DNA of 64,000 nt from an uncultured beta proteobacterium (GTDB lineage: Bacteria > Pseudomonadota > Gammaproteobacteria > Burkholderiales > Rhodocyclaceae), in assembly GCA_963823455.1 (NCBI GenBank), contig CAWGLO010000002.1, forward strand, positions 590,706-654,705, in the 5' to 3' direction. Under the pieces are notes generated by a model that did not search any database, was not told the origin of the DNA, and saw only the letters and a list, made by a program, of their open reading frames with translations. A program made the position numbers and the translations under genes. Positions 43,496 to 60,693 of the stretch are shown piece after piece (position 1 is the first letter of the stretch; each line of letters begins with the position of its first letter).

Positions 43496-43516
43496 TCAGG
43501 ATGAAGCGACACGCGA

Positions 43517-46400
<2,884 letters not shown>

Positions 46401-46656
46401 CTAATATGCGGCATTGGAGTCCGTCGACGTTCCTTGGCGGCGCCGATCGAGCATCGATGATGCACCAGTCACCGGCATTCTGTCTCCCCTGCCACCGCTT
46501 CCTCCAGCGTCACCGCAAGGCGATGCGCTGGGCGGTCGGCTTGGCCCTGCTGGCGGGGTTTCTGTTCTGGGTAGGCGCCAATGCGCCCCTGGTCACCGCG
46601 CCCCAGATGTGCAAGGTTCTACGGCTGAACGGGGCGCGGCGGACGTCGCGGCAGCC

Positions 46657-46989
46657 TCAGCAGGCTGGGCGGCGACGGGGTGGGGTGGTGAGTCGGGTCC
46701 AGGCGGCGGAGGCCACCAGCAGCGTTCCGTGCCAGGCGATCAGCGGCAGAATGCCGAGACGGGTCTGAATCCGCACCAGGGACGTGAGGGGCGGCTGGCA
46801 GGAACTTGCCCCCTCCGTTTCCAGTCGTTCGAGCAGGCGGTCCATGGCCACCTTCCAGTAGTCCGAAGTTCCGACCCAGCCCGTCTTGTCCGTCGCGTAG
46901 CGCAGGGCGTCCGCCCACAATTTCGTGGCACGCGCCTCGGAAACCCCGTGTTTGCGGGCAAGCCAGGGCAATATCTTGGGTGTCTTCAT
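46657..46989 (-). CDS. hypothetical small protein (110 aa)
   Basis: ATG at 46989 is preceded by AAAGGAGAG. No recognisable domain; the C-terminal half is hydrophobic. Confidence 0.4.
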   Translation of the reverse strand: MKTPKILPWLARKHGVSEARATKLWADALRYATDKTGWVGTSDYWKVAMDRLLERLETEGASSCQPPLTSLVRIQTRLGILPLIAWHGTLLVASAAWTRLTTPPRRRPAC

Positions 46990-47354
46990 TTGTCTCTCCT
47001 TTCGCTCTCGTGCAGCTCGGGTTCCTCGCCCGGCGCACCTCTTCTGGAGGTCCGCGGGACAGGATTGCTGCAACGCAGCAATCAATATGAGACCTATCTT
47101 ACCTGTTATTCGACTCGAACTCGGAAAGGAAGTTGCGGAATATTGGTGCGGTGCAATAGCCGATTCGTCCGAGGTCGGGGATTTCTCCCTTTTTGGGCCA
47201 GCGCCGGTCCTTATCCATTATCTGTAGGGCATCGCAGAGAGAGTGACCGCTCACATTTGAATGTTGCGGGAATGCAACGGAAATCTCCGGGGGTACGACG
47301 GGAGGGGCAAATTGCGGCTTTGCGGGGCCGAAACTACGGGTTCCGCGGAGCGCT

Positions 47355-49919
47355 CTACCTTCCGGGCGCTTCGCCTTCGCATGGACGCAGGGGTTGGTCG
47401 GCCCGCCCCAGCGTGAAGCTGAAGGTGGCGCCTTCGCCGACGGCAGACTCGGCCCACACCAGGCCGCTGTGCCGTCGCACGACGCGCGCCACCGATGCCA
47501 GACCGATGCCCGAGCCTTCGAACTCGTCGGAAGTGTGCAGTCGCTGGAAGGGCGAGAACAGGCGATTGGCGAAGGTCATGTCAAATCCGGCGCCGTTGTC
47601 GCGAACGTAGAACACGCAGTCGCCGTTCTTGTCCTGGCAACCGAACTCGATGCGTGCGTCGTCCATCTTGCGCGTGTACTTCCAGGCATTGCCCAGCAGG
47701 TTCTCCAGAACGACGCGCAGCAACTGGGGGTCGCCGATGGCGGGACAGGTGGGGTGGATCCGCACGTCGACACGGCGTTCGGGCTCCGATTTCTGCAGCT
47801 CGTCCAGGACTTCCCGCGTGATGGCGCCGAGGTCCACGGTGTTCCGCGTCATCTCGTGCCGCGCCACGCGAGACAGCTCCAGCAGGTCGTCGATGAGCGC
47901 ACCCAGGCGCTGCGCCGCGCGCCGCACGCGGCCGAGGTAATCGCGTCCCTGCTCATCCAGCTTGTCGCCATAATCGTCGAGCAGGATCTGGCTGAAGCCG
48001 TCGATGCCCCGCAGCGGCGCCCGCAGGTCGTGGGAGACCGAGTAGGCGAAGGACTCCAGCTCCTTGTTCGCGGCCACCAGATCGGCGGTGCGCTCGCGCA
48101 CCCGCGATTCGAGTTCCGTGTTGAGGCGGCGGATCTCCTCCTCGGCGCGCTTGCGCTCGGTGATGTCGAACGCCAGGCTGAGGACGCATCGTTCGTCGCC
48201 CAATTCCACGATCTCGCCGGACAGCAGCACCGAGCGCCGTTCGCCCGATTGCGTTCGCAGCGCCACCTCGAAATCCCGCACCGCACCGCCGCTCTTGAGA
48301 CCGCTTACCCAGCGCTCGCGTTGGCGCGGATCCTGCCACAGCGCGAGATCGGCGGAAGTACGCCCGACGGCCTGCGCTCGCGACCAACCATAGCTGCTTT
48401 CGAAGGCCTCATTCACATCCAGGTAGCAGCCGTCTTCGATGCGGGTGATCGCCATCGGCACCGGACTGGCGCGAAAGACGGTCGAGAACTTGTGCTCGGA
48501 GCGCCTCAGCTCCTCCTCCGCCCGCTGCCGTTCCAACTCGGCGGCGGCGCGCGCGGCAAAGATGGTCACCACGGTCGCCAGTTCCGGGCTCAGCTCCACC
48601 GGCCGCGTATCCATCACGGTGAGCAGACCCAGCGGCTCGCCCGCCGCGTCGCGCAGTGCCACGCCGTAGTAGCTGTGGACGCCCAGACTGGCCAGGCCCT
48701 TGTCTGCGGGGAACAGTTCCTGGCAGTTGCCGATGCAGATCTCGCCGGCGGCTGCGATCACGTTGGCGCACGGCGTTCCGGCCAGGCGGTAACAGAAATT
48801 GTCCAGATAGCCGTCACCCTTCCAGAAGGCGAGGGTGCCGATCGCCTCCTTGGCGGCGGTCAACTCGCCGACGAAGGCATAGCGCACGCGCAGGGCATTC
48901 GCCAGATGCTGCACCAGGGAGCGGAAGAATTCGGCCCCCGTCTGCCGGCCAGTGCCTTCGACGATCTCGCGCAGGACGCCGGCGGCGGCTTCGCGTTCGG
49001 TGACGTCGCGCAGCATGCCGAGCACCCCGCGCGCTGCGCCAGACTCGTCCAGATCCGGCACCAGAACGATCTCCACGCGCCGGGCACCGCCCGTATTCAC
49101 GCTGTGGACGCGCTCGTAGCGCACCTGCTGCCCGGCAAGGGCGATCGCCATGCGCGGCTCGACGCCGCTGTAGAGACTGGGGCCGAGCACGTCGCGGCAA
49201 TGCTTGCCGATGATCGCATCGGCCTCGACACCGAAGAAGGCGGCGTAGCGGCGATTGGCGAAGCGGCAGATCGTATCCCGGTCGAAGTAACAGATCATCG
49301 CCGGCACGTTCTCCGTCACCAGTTTGAGCTGCGCCTCCCGCGCCGCGCCGGCGCGCACCTCGGTGGCGAGGGCCGACGCCAGCGCCGTCTCCTGCCGGTA
49401 GCGGGCGTGGAAGCTGTCGGTGACATAGAAGGCGATCGCTGCGGCCACCAGCAGGACCAGAGAGTGAATGATCAGGGTCCAGGCTGGGGCGGACGGCGGG
49501 GCGGGGGGCAGCAGATGCCAGGAATCGGCGACGACGAAGCCGAGGCCCGCCGCCAGCGTCATCACGGTGAGGACGAAGGCCTGGCGCGAACCGAGGAACC
49601 AGCCGGCGAGGATGATGATGGCCGGATAGGCGATCACGATCGGCGCCGCGAGTCCGCCGCCCAGCGCCGCCGCCAGGGTGAATGCGAACCAGGAGCCGAA
49701 CATGAGCACGAACAGCGCGTCGCGCACTCTGCCCCGGCGCTGCAGCAAATAGGCGCCGAGCGCCAGCGGCAGCGCGACCGAGATGCCGATGAGCCGGAAC
49801 CACTGTCCCGCAGCGACGAAAGGCAGGGCCACCGCCGCCAGCACGCTGCCGGCCACGACCACCGTGATGGCGAAGCGGACCAGGCGCTGGCCCGCCGCGT
49901 CGGCGGAGAGGTCAGTCAT
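47355..49919 (-). CDS. multi-TM sensor histidine kinase (6TM - PAS - GAF - PAS - HisKA - HATPase_c), no adjacent response regulator
   Basis: H-box FAYSVSHDLRAPLRGI, N-box LLGNAWKY, and G-boxes DNGAGFD and GSGIGLA. ATG at 49919 verified; the track ORF extends to 50027. Confidence 0.85.
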   Translation of the reverse strand: MTDLSADAAGQRLVRFAITVVVAGSVLAAVALPFVAAGQWFRLIGISVALPLALGAYLLQRRGRVRDALFVLMFGSWFAFTLAAALGGGLAAPIVIAYPAIIILAGWFLGSRQAFVLTVMTLAAGLGFVVADSWHLLPPAPPSAPAWTLIIHSLVLLVAAAIAFYVTDSFHARYRQETALASALATEVRAGAAREAQLKLVTENVPAMICYFDRDTICRFANRRYAAFFGVEADAIIGKHCRDVLGPSLYSGVEPRMAIALAGQQVRYERVHSVNTGGARRVEIVLVPDLDESGAARGVLGMLRDVTEREAAAGVLREIVEGTGRQTGAEFFRSLVQHLANALRVRYAFVGELTAAKEAIGTLAFWKGDGYLDNFCYRLAGTPCANVIAAAGEICIGNCQELFPADKGLASLGVHSYYGVALRDAAGEPLGLLTVMDTRPVELSPELATVVTIFAARAAAELERQRAEEELRRSEHKFSTVFRASPVPMAITRIEDGCYLDVNEAFESSYGWSRAQAVGRTSADLALWQDPRQRERWVSGLKSGGAVRDFEVALRTQSGERRSVLLSGEIVELGDERCVLSLAFDITERKRAEEEIRRLNTELESRVRERTADLVAANKELESFAYSVSHDLRAPLRGIDGFSQILLDDYGDKLDEQGRDYLGRVRRAAQRLGALIDDLLELSRVARHEMTRNTVDLGAITREVLDELQKSEPERRVDVRIHPTCPAIGDPQLLRVVLENLLGNAWKYTRKMDDARIEFGCQDKNGDCVFYVRDNGAGFDMTFANRLFSPFQRLHTSDEFEGSGIGLASVARVVRRHSGLVWAESAVGEGATFSFTLGRADQPLRPCEGEAPGR

Positions 49920-50141
49920 GGTCCGGGCCAACAGCTTCGCTTCCTCGTGCACTCCGCCTCTCCCTGGGTTCTGTGAGCGCCCGGTTCGGGCCCCACCCCG
50001 GGATCCCGCTTCGCCGGCCGGGAGCATAGCAAATCTGGCATCCGCCTTGGCTTTCCTCTAAACGAGGGAAGCCGCCTCGCGGCTTTGCCCCGGGGCGAGC
50101 GGTTATACTGTCGGCCTACTTCCGCCGCCGAACTGTCCGCC

Positions 50142-52434
<2,293 letters not shown>

Positions 52435-52494
52435 GAAGGTGTTGGATTACCCGCTCCGGCCGGCGCTTGCGTCAGGGCTGCCGCGACTCCAGGG

Positions 52495-53112
52495 TCAATT
52501 TACGATGGCGTCGATTTCCGCCTGGGACAGGATCTGCGGCACGTAGGCGATGCCCATTTCTTCGATCCTCGTCACGAACGACGTGAGGTGGTTCTTGGAG
52601 CCGTCCATCAGGTTCGCGTACACGAGCAGGATGTCGGCGTGGGTCGCCAGTTCCATCTTCGCCCGGATGTCGCCGATGTCCTTTTCTTCGATCAGGCCGC
52701 CCACCCGCAGCGCCTCGAACAGCGACACCGAACCCTTGGCCACGAGGTCGGTGTACAACTGCTGCAGGACCGGATCCTGAAACACGCCGGGAACGTCCTC
52801 GGCAGCCGGATCCGGTATGCCGTACGTTTCCAGCAGGCGCTTGATCTGGTTGGTGTGGCGCGTTTCGGAGAGGGTGATGTTGTAGAAGGTCCCGTCCTGC
52901 CAGAGTTCATAGAGCCTGGCGTAAACGTCGCGCGCCAGCTTTTCCTCTTCGCGCATGAAGACCAGCCCCTCGATTTCCGCGGCGGAGAGGGGGACGACGG
53001 TCGTTTCCGCGGTGACGGCGGAGCCGTTCCCGGCCTCGGCGATCGGAATCAGGGTTCCCATGCACATCGCTGCGGCCAGAAGCACACGACTCGAACAGGT
53101 TTTCCAGTTCAT
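52495..53112 (-). CDS. DUF2202 ferritin-like domain protein with signal peptide
   Basis: LVFMREEEKLARDVY...ITLSETRHTNQIKRLLETYGIPDP duplicated ferritin-like motif. Confidence 0.7.
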   Translation of the reverse strand: MNWKTCSSRVLLAAAMCMGTLIPIAEAGNGSAVTAETTVVPLSAAEIEGLVFMREEEKLARDVYARLYELWQDGTFYNITLSETRHTNQIKRLLETYGIPDPAAEDVPGVFQDPVLQQLYTDLVAKGSVSLFEALRVGGLIEEKDIGDIRAKMELATHADILLVYANLMDGSKNHLTSFVTRIEEMGIAYVPQILSQAEIDAIVN

Positions 53113-53349
53113 GCTCAGAACCTCCGGATTGGGTTGAGAAACAGGCGAGGGCCATGCGCCGTCACGCACTCACGAGCGATAGATTCTCGCTGACCCGCGT
53201 CAGCCCCCGATTGCCGCTCTGTAACAGCCTGTTTCAGTGTGTAACGTGCCGGCCGGTACCGCCGGCACGGCCTCTGTTGCTACACTGGCGCTCCGGCGCG
53301 CGATGCGCCTCCTGCGCAAGCACCCGTCGACCCCGCCTCCGGCAGACGC

Positions 53350-54135
53350 ATGCACATCCACGCCAATGGCATAGACATACACTACCGGATCACCGGCTCC
53401 GGCCCGTGGGTGACGCTTTCCCATTCGCTCGCCTGCGACCTGACCATGTGGGACGAGCAGGCGGAGGTACTGTCCGGCCGCCATACGGTGCTGCGCTTCG
53501 ACAGCCGCGGCCACGGCAAGTCCGGGGCGCCGCCCGGACCCTACGGGCTGGAACAGATGGCGGACGACGTGATCGGTCTGCTGGATGCGCTCGGCGTGGC
53601 GCGCACGCACTTCGTCGGCCTGTCGATGGGCGGCATGATCGGCCAGCACGTCGCCTTGCAGGCGCCGCAGCGCGTGGCGCGCCTGGTGCTGGCGGACACC
53701 AGCAGCCGCCTGCCGCCGGAAGTGCTGCCGGTGTGGCAGGAACGCATCCGCATCGTGTCGGAGCACGGCATGGAAGCGAGGTCGAGCCGACGCTGGCAGC
53801 GCTGGTTCACCGCGCCCTTCCGCGCGTCGCACCCGCATGTCATGGCACGCATCGGCGCGCTGATCCGCGCCACGCCGGTGGCGGGCTTCATCGGCTGCTG
53901 CCATGCCGTGCCGCAGATCGACGTCGCCGCACGCCTGCGCGGGCTGACGCTGCCGACGCTGATCCTGGTCGGCGACCAGGACGGCGGCACGCCCCCGTCC
54001 ATGGCGCAGGAGATGCACGCGGCGATCGCCGGGTCGGAGTTCGAGCTGATCGCCGGTGCCTCCCATCTCTCCAATATCGAACAGGCGGACCGGTTCAACG
54101 CGCTGCTGCTCGACTTTCTCGGACGTCAGCCGTGA
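53350..54135 (+). CDS. alpha/beta hydrolase, 3-oxoadipate enol-lactonase-like
   Basis: HSLACDLTMWDEQ...DSRGHGKS...FVGLSMGGMIGQ...GASHLSNIE. Confidence 0.8.
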   Translation: MHIHANGIDIHYRITGSGPWVTLSHSLACDLTMWDEQAEVLSGRHTVLRFDSRGHGKSGAPPGPYGLEQMADDVIGLLDALGVARTHFVGLSMGGMIGQHVALQAPQRVARLVLADTSSRLPPEVLPVWQERIRIVSEHGMEARSSRRWQRWFTAPFRASHPHVMARIGALIRATPVAGFIGCCHAVPQIDVAARLRGLTLPTLILVGDQDGGTPPSMAQEMHAAIAGSEFELIAGASHLSNIEQADRFNALLLDFLGRQP

Positions 54136-54180
54136 TCCCCGGCCGGAGCCGGGTTCCCTCCGACCTGCCGCTTACCCAAA

Positions 54181-54776
54181 ATGGATGATTTCTGGCTCAG
54201 CTTCGTGCCGCTGTTCGTGGCCGTCGATGCCCTCGGCGTGCTGCCCCTGTTCCTCGCGCTCACCCACAACATGGAGACGCGCGACGTGCGCCGCACCGTC
54301 TATCGCTCGGTGGCGACGGCGACGGTCCTGGCGCTGGCGTTCGCCGCAGGCGGCCCGCTGGTGCTGGAGTTGCTCGGCATCACGGTGGAGGACTTCATGA
54401 TCGCCGGCGGCCTGCTGCTGTTGGCATTGGCGGTGCGCGAACTGCTCACGGAAAAGGAACTTGCGCACCGCGTCGATGCCGGGGGGCTCGGCGTGGTGCC
54501 GCTGGGCGTTCCGCTCATCACCGGGCCGGCGGTGTTCACCACCTCGATGCTGCAGACGGATCAGTTCGGCCTGTTCCTGGTGATGCCGCCATCCTCGCCA
54601 ACATGCTGATCGTCGCCCTGGTGTTCCGCTTCGGCAATGCACTGCGGCGCGTCCTCGGCAGTTCCGGCGCGAGCATCGCGTCGAAGGTGGCGAATCTCTT
54701 CCTGGCGGCCATCGCCGTGATGATGATCCGCCACGGCCTGGAGGGCCTGCTCGCCGTCGTCGGCGAGGCCGTCTGA
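54181..54776 (+). pseudogene. MarC-family (UPF0056) integral membrane protein; one frame break near 54585
   Basis: FVPLFVAVDALGVLPLFLAL...VPLGVPLITGPA in ORF 54181-54609. The tail ILANMLIVALVFRFGNALRRVLG...AIAVMMIRHGL is in another frame and ends at the TGA at 54774-54776. Confidence 0.75.
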
Positions 54777-54795
54777 GCGGCCGGGGGCGGTGACG

Positions 54796-54898
54796 ATCGG
54801 CGGGCACGGCCCGCCCTACGACTTTGGCACAGGCAAGGATCGGCGGGCACGCCCGCCCAACGGGATGTGGCCTTCGTAGGGCGGGCCGTGCCCGCCGT
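54796..54898. repeat. cluster of three units of repeat family 2 (GGCGGGCACGGCCCGCCCTACG), one inverted
   Basis: Units at 54799-54820, 54841-54862 and 54875-54897 (inverted). Each contains a GGCGGGC/GCCCGCC hairpin. Confidence 0.8.
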
Positions 54899-54904
54899 TT
54901 GACG

Positions 54905-55732
54905 TCAGACCGCCTGGCGCAGCTTTCCCTTCGAGCGGCCTTCCGTCTTGCGATCCACCTGGGCCAGTTCGTCGTGCAGCGCCACGAACTCCTGCGTCAC
55001 CTTGTGGTTGGGCGTCGAGATGGATCATCGGCTGCGCCGACTGGTGCGATTCGCGGATCTTCACCGAGGCCGACAGATAGGAGGTCGAGCACCGGCAGCC
55101 CTTCGTCCACGCAGCGCCTGCACGATCTTCTGCGGCAGCGTTGGCGCGCGCCTGGAACTGGTTGACGATGATGCCTTCGACCGCGAGCGCCGGCGTTGTG
55201 GTCGGCGCGGATCTCGTCCACGTTCTCCATCAGGGCGTAGAGGGCGCGGCGCGAGAAGTCGTCGCAGTCGAAGGGGATGAGGCAGGCGTCGCGCGGCGAT
55301 CAGCGCCGAGCGCGTGTAGAAATTGCAGCGCCGGCGGCGTGTCGATGTAGATGAAGTCGTAGTCGCTCCAGTTCGTCGAGCGCCTCGCGCAGCTTGTAGA
55401 TCTTGTAGCGCGACTCCAGCTTGCCGGCGAGTTCGTCCAGCGTCGGCGCCGGACGGCAGGACGTCCAGGTTCTCGAAGGCGTCGGCGGTGCATGAATTCG
55501 TCGGTCTGCTTCGGCCGCAGGCGGAAGTTCAGCATCTGGTCGAACAGGTCGGCCACGCGTGGCCTGCAGGTCCGCGGCCCGCGTGCCGAGCAGGTACTGG
55601 GTGGAGTTGCCCTGGGGATCGAGATCGACCACCAGGGTGCGCGCGCCCTGCGCGGCGCGCGATGGCGGCGAGGTTGCAGGTGATGGTGGATTTGCCGACA
55701 CCGCCCTTCTGGTTGAACACGACTCTGCGCAT
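54905..55732 (-). pseudogene. orphan ParA/Soj-family ATPase; many frame switches as assembled
   Basis: MRRVVFNQKGGVGKSTITCNLAAI (deviant Walker A), LVVDLDPQGNST and DFIYIDTPPAL fragments lie in different frames. No parB nearby. Confidence 0.75.
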
Positions 55733-55817
55733 GGCTGCCTCACGGGGAAAGTTCCGCCATTGTCTCAAATGCGCGGCGATCGGGGAACGTGGATGGCGGG
55801 CGGTCGCGGCGGAGTAT

Positions 55818-55958
55818 GACGGCGGGCACGGCCCGCCCTACGGGTCGTTGCCACAGGGTGCGGCGGCGGGCACGGCCCGCCCACCGTTGCCACGGCGTGG
55901 TTTTGTAGGGCGGCCCGCGGCCGCCGGGCCAGGCTGGCAGCCACGGCCCGCCCCGCAA
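55818..55958. repeat. cluster of four units of repeat family 2
   Basis: Units at 55821-55842, 55865-55886, 55904-55926 (inverted, degenerate) and 55936-55957 (degenerate). Confidence 0.75.
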
Positions 55959-56041
55959 TGAGGGTCGGATCGCTTACGATGGCCGCCGCTGCCGAAGGCG
56001 GCTAGACTCTCCGCCCACAACGACAACGACCGGAAATCGAC

Positions 56042-58327
<2,286 letters not shown>

Positions 58328-58336
58328 TCGCGGAAA

Positions 58337-58537
58337 ATGCAGCGCGCGCTGATCGTCGTCGGCCTCGTCCTGCTGGCGGTCGGGCTGGCGTGGCCGTGGC
58401 TGTCGAAGCTGCCGTTCGGGCGGCTGCCGGGGGACATCGGCATCGAGCGCGAGGGCTACAGCTTCTATTTCCCGTTGACCACGGGCGTTGTGATATCGGT
58501 CATCATCAGCATCATCCTTTGGATCTTCCGGCGCTGA
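58337..58537 (+). CDS. DUF2905 small membrane protein
   Basis: LPGDIGIEREGYSFYFPLTTGVVISVIISIILW is typical of DUF2905. Confidence 0.75.
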   Translation: MQRALIVVGLVLLAVGLAWPWLSKLPFGRLPGDIGIEREGYSFYFPLTTGVVISVIISIILWIFRR

Positions 58538-58580
58538 CCCACGCGCGCCGCCCGGTCCGGAGCAGACACTGGAGGGAACA

Positions 58581-59561
58581 ATGACTCACGCGATTCGCTT
58601 TCATCAGACCGGCGGGCCCGAAGTGCTGCGCTGGGAAGAGGTCGCCGTCGGCGATCCCGGCGCCACCGAGGCGCGCATCCGGCAGCACGCCTGCGGCCTG
58701 AACTTCATCGACATCTATCACCGCACCGGCCTTTATCCGGTGCCCCTGCCGTCGGGCATGGGCCTGGAGGGCGCTGGAGTGGTGGAAGCCGTGGGCTCGG
58801 CGGTGCGTCACCTGCAGCCGGGCGACCGCGTCGCCTATGCCGGCGGACCGCTCGGCGCCTACAGCCGAGGCGCGCAACATTCCCGCCGACCGGCTGGTGA
58901 AGCTGCCGCAGTCCATCGATTTCACGAGCGCCGCGGCGATGATGCTGCAGGGGCTGACCGCGCTTACCTGCTGCGACGCACCTACCGCGTGCAGGCCGGC
59001 GACACGGTGCTGATCCACGCCGCGGCCGGCGGCGTCGGCCTCATCGCCTGCCAGTGGGCGAAGGCGCTCGGCGCCACGGTGATCGGCACCACCGTCCTCG
59101 GAGGCCAAGGCGCAACTTGCCACGCGCCCACGGCTGCGATCACGTCATCATCTACACGCGCGAGAATTTCGTGCAGCGGGTGCGCGAGATCACCGGCGGC
59201 GAAGGCGTGCGCAGTGGTGTATGACGGCGTCGGCAAGGACACCTTCACCGGCTCGCTCGACTGCCTGCGGCCGCTCGGCATGATGGTGACCTTCGGCAAC
59301 GCCTCCGGCCCGGTGCCGCCGCTCGATCTGCTGCTGCTGTCGCAGAAGGGCTCGCTGTTCGTGACGCGGCCGACGCTGATGCACTACGTCGCCAAGCGCG
59401 CCGACCTGGAGGCGCTGGCGGGCGAGTTGTTCGAGATCGTGGCTTCGTCGGGCAAGGTCCGCATCGCGGTCAATCAGACCTACGCCCTGAAGGATGCGGC
59501 CCAGGCCCAGATCGACCTCGAGGCGCGCAGGACCACCGGCTCCACCGTATTGTTACCATAA
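58581..59561 (+). CDS. qor: NADPH:quinone oxidoreductase (zeta-crystallin family); ORF is open but contains internally compensated frameshifts
   Basis: GLNFIDIYHRTGLYP, VLIHAAAGGVGL and the end RRTTGSTVLLP. Segments ~58866-58965 and ~59095-59215 only make QOR-like sequence in other frames. Confidence 0.85.
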   Translation: MTHAIRFHQTGGPEVLRWEEVAVGDPGATEARIRQHACGLNFIDIYHRTGLYPVPLPSGMGLEGAGVVEAVGSAVRHLQPGDRVAYAGGPLGAYSRGAQHSRRPAGEAAAVHRFHERRGDDAAGADRAYLLRRTYRVQAGDTVLIHAAAGGVGLIACQWAKALGATVIGTTVLGGQGATCHAPTAAITSSSTRARISCSGCARSPAAKACAVVYDGVGKDTFTGSLDCLRPLGMMVTFGNASGPVPPLDLLLLSQKGSLFVTRPTLMHYVAKRADLEALAGELFEIVASSGKVRIAVNQTYALKDAAQAQIDLEARRTTGSTVLLP

Positions 59562-59615
59562 CGGGATCCGGCGCGTTTACCATGCCGGAGGAAATCAGAA
59601 AACAGGGTCGAAACG

Positions 59616-59985
59616 ATGTCGTGGAAAGCAGCAATGGTATTCGCCGCCGCGCTCGCCTGCAGCATGCAGGCCCAGGCGCAGGGGTTGTCGAAGGAACAGG
59701 CCTACACGCCGGCGCAGGCGGCGTATCTCAAGGGTGAAATCCGCAAGGCGCAGGAACGGTTCGTGGAGAACGGCGTCCGCCGTCTCCGGCGTGCCGCAGT
59801 CGAAGATCAAGGAATGGATGGCCACCGACGGCCGCGACGTGCCGCCCAAGGTGAACATCGTGCCGGCGCTGCAGCGCGAGCGCGGCAAGCCGCTGAGCGA
59901 GGAGGAACGCGCCAAGATCCTCGCCGCGGATCAGGAGCGCTACCAGGCGATCGAACAGGCGAAAAAGACCGCGGCGCAGAAGTGA
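59616..59985 (+). pseudogene. small exported hypothetical protein; one frame break near 59775
   Basis: Signal peptide MSWKAAMVFAAALACSMQAQA. The plausible tail ...KIKEWMATDGRDVPPKVNIVPALQRERGKPLSEEERAKILAADQERYQAIEQAKK is in ORF 59494-59985. Confidence 0.4.
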
Positions 59986-60009
59986 CGCGCCGGTCCGCGG
60001 CGACGCGGG

Positions 60010-60066
60010 CCGAGGGACGGGCCGTGCCCGCCAGGTTCGATGCGGCGGCCACGGGCCGCCCTACGA
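60010..60066. repeat. two units of repeat family 2 (one inverted)
   Basis: GAGGGACGGGCCGTGCCCGCC (60012-60032) and GGCGGCCACGGGCCGCCCTACG (60044-60065). Confidence 0.7.
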
Positions 60067-60079
60067 AGCACGATGGCGC

Positions 60080-60599
60080 TCACTGGTGGTTCTCGTCGGC
60101 GTGCGGCCGCAGGCGCTTGACCAAGGGCTGGTGCCCGCGCTTGTACACCATCATGGTGCGGATGAAGGTGATCACCACCTCGCCGTCCTGGTTGTAGCCC
60201 GTGGTCTTGACGCGGACGATGCCGACGTCGATGTTCGACTGCGATTCGCGCTTGTCCAGCACCTCCGACTGCGAGTAGAGGGTATCGCCGTCGAACACCG
60301 GCGCCGGCAGGCGCACTTCGTCCCAGCCCAGGTTGGCGAAAATATTCTGCGATACGTCGGTGACGCTCTGGCCGGTGATCAGTGCCAGGGTGAAGGTGGA
60401 ATCCACCAGCGGCCGTCGCCACGGCGTCTGGGCGGCGTAATGGCGGTCCACGTGGATCGGCGCGGTGTTCTGCGTCAGCAGCGTGAACCAGGAGTTGTCC
60501 ACCTCCAGGACGGTGCGTCCCAGCGGGTGCTGGTACAGCGTCGCCGATCTTGAAATCCTCGTAGAAACGGCCTTGCCAGCCGAGCTTGCCCGACATCAT
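60080..60599 (-). pseudogene. MaoC-like (R)-hydratase / hot-dog fold dehydratase; one frame break near 60545
   Basis: MMSGKLGWQGRFYEDFKIGD, then LYQHPLGRTVLEVDNSWFTLLTQNTAPIHVD in the frame of ORF 60080-60502. Confidence 0.75.
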
Positions 60600-60693
60600 T
60601 CCCTCCATCGCACTGTTTGTTGTTGGTGGCGGCAATTGTGCCGCAATTCCGGCGTCCGCACCCGCCGCGATGGCGCTGTGCTAGATTCCGCCG

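Noticed and set aside
47394-49976. 860-aa plus-strand ORF
   Set aside because: It is antisense to the histidine kinase, whose H, N and G boxes read on the minus strand.
54796-55958. Possible CRISPR array, because of repeated ~22-nt units
   Set aside because: The units are themselves palindromic and occur in both orientations. Spacing is irregular (about 12-25 nt) and there are no cas genes. This is REP/BIME-like, not CRISPR.
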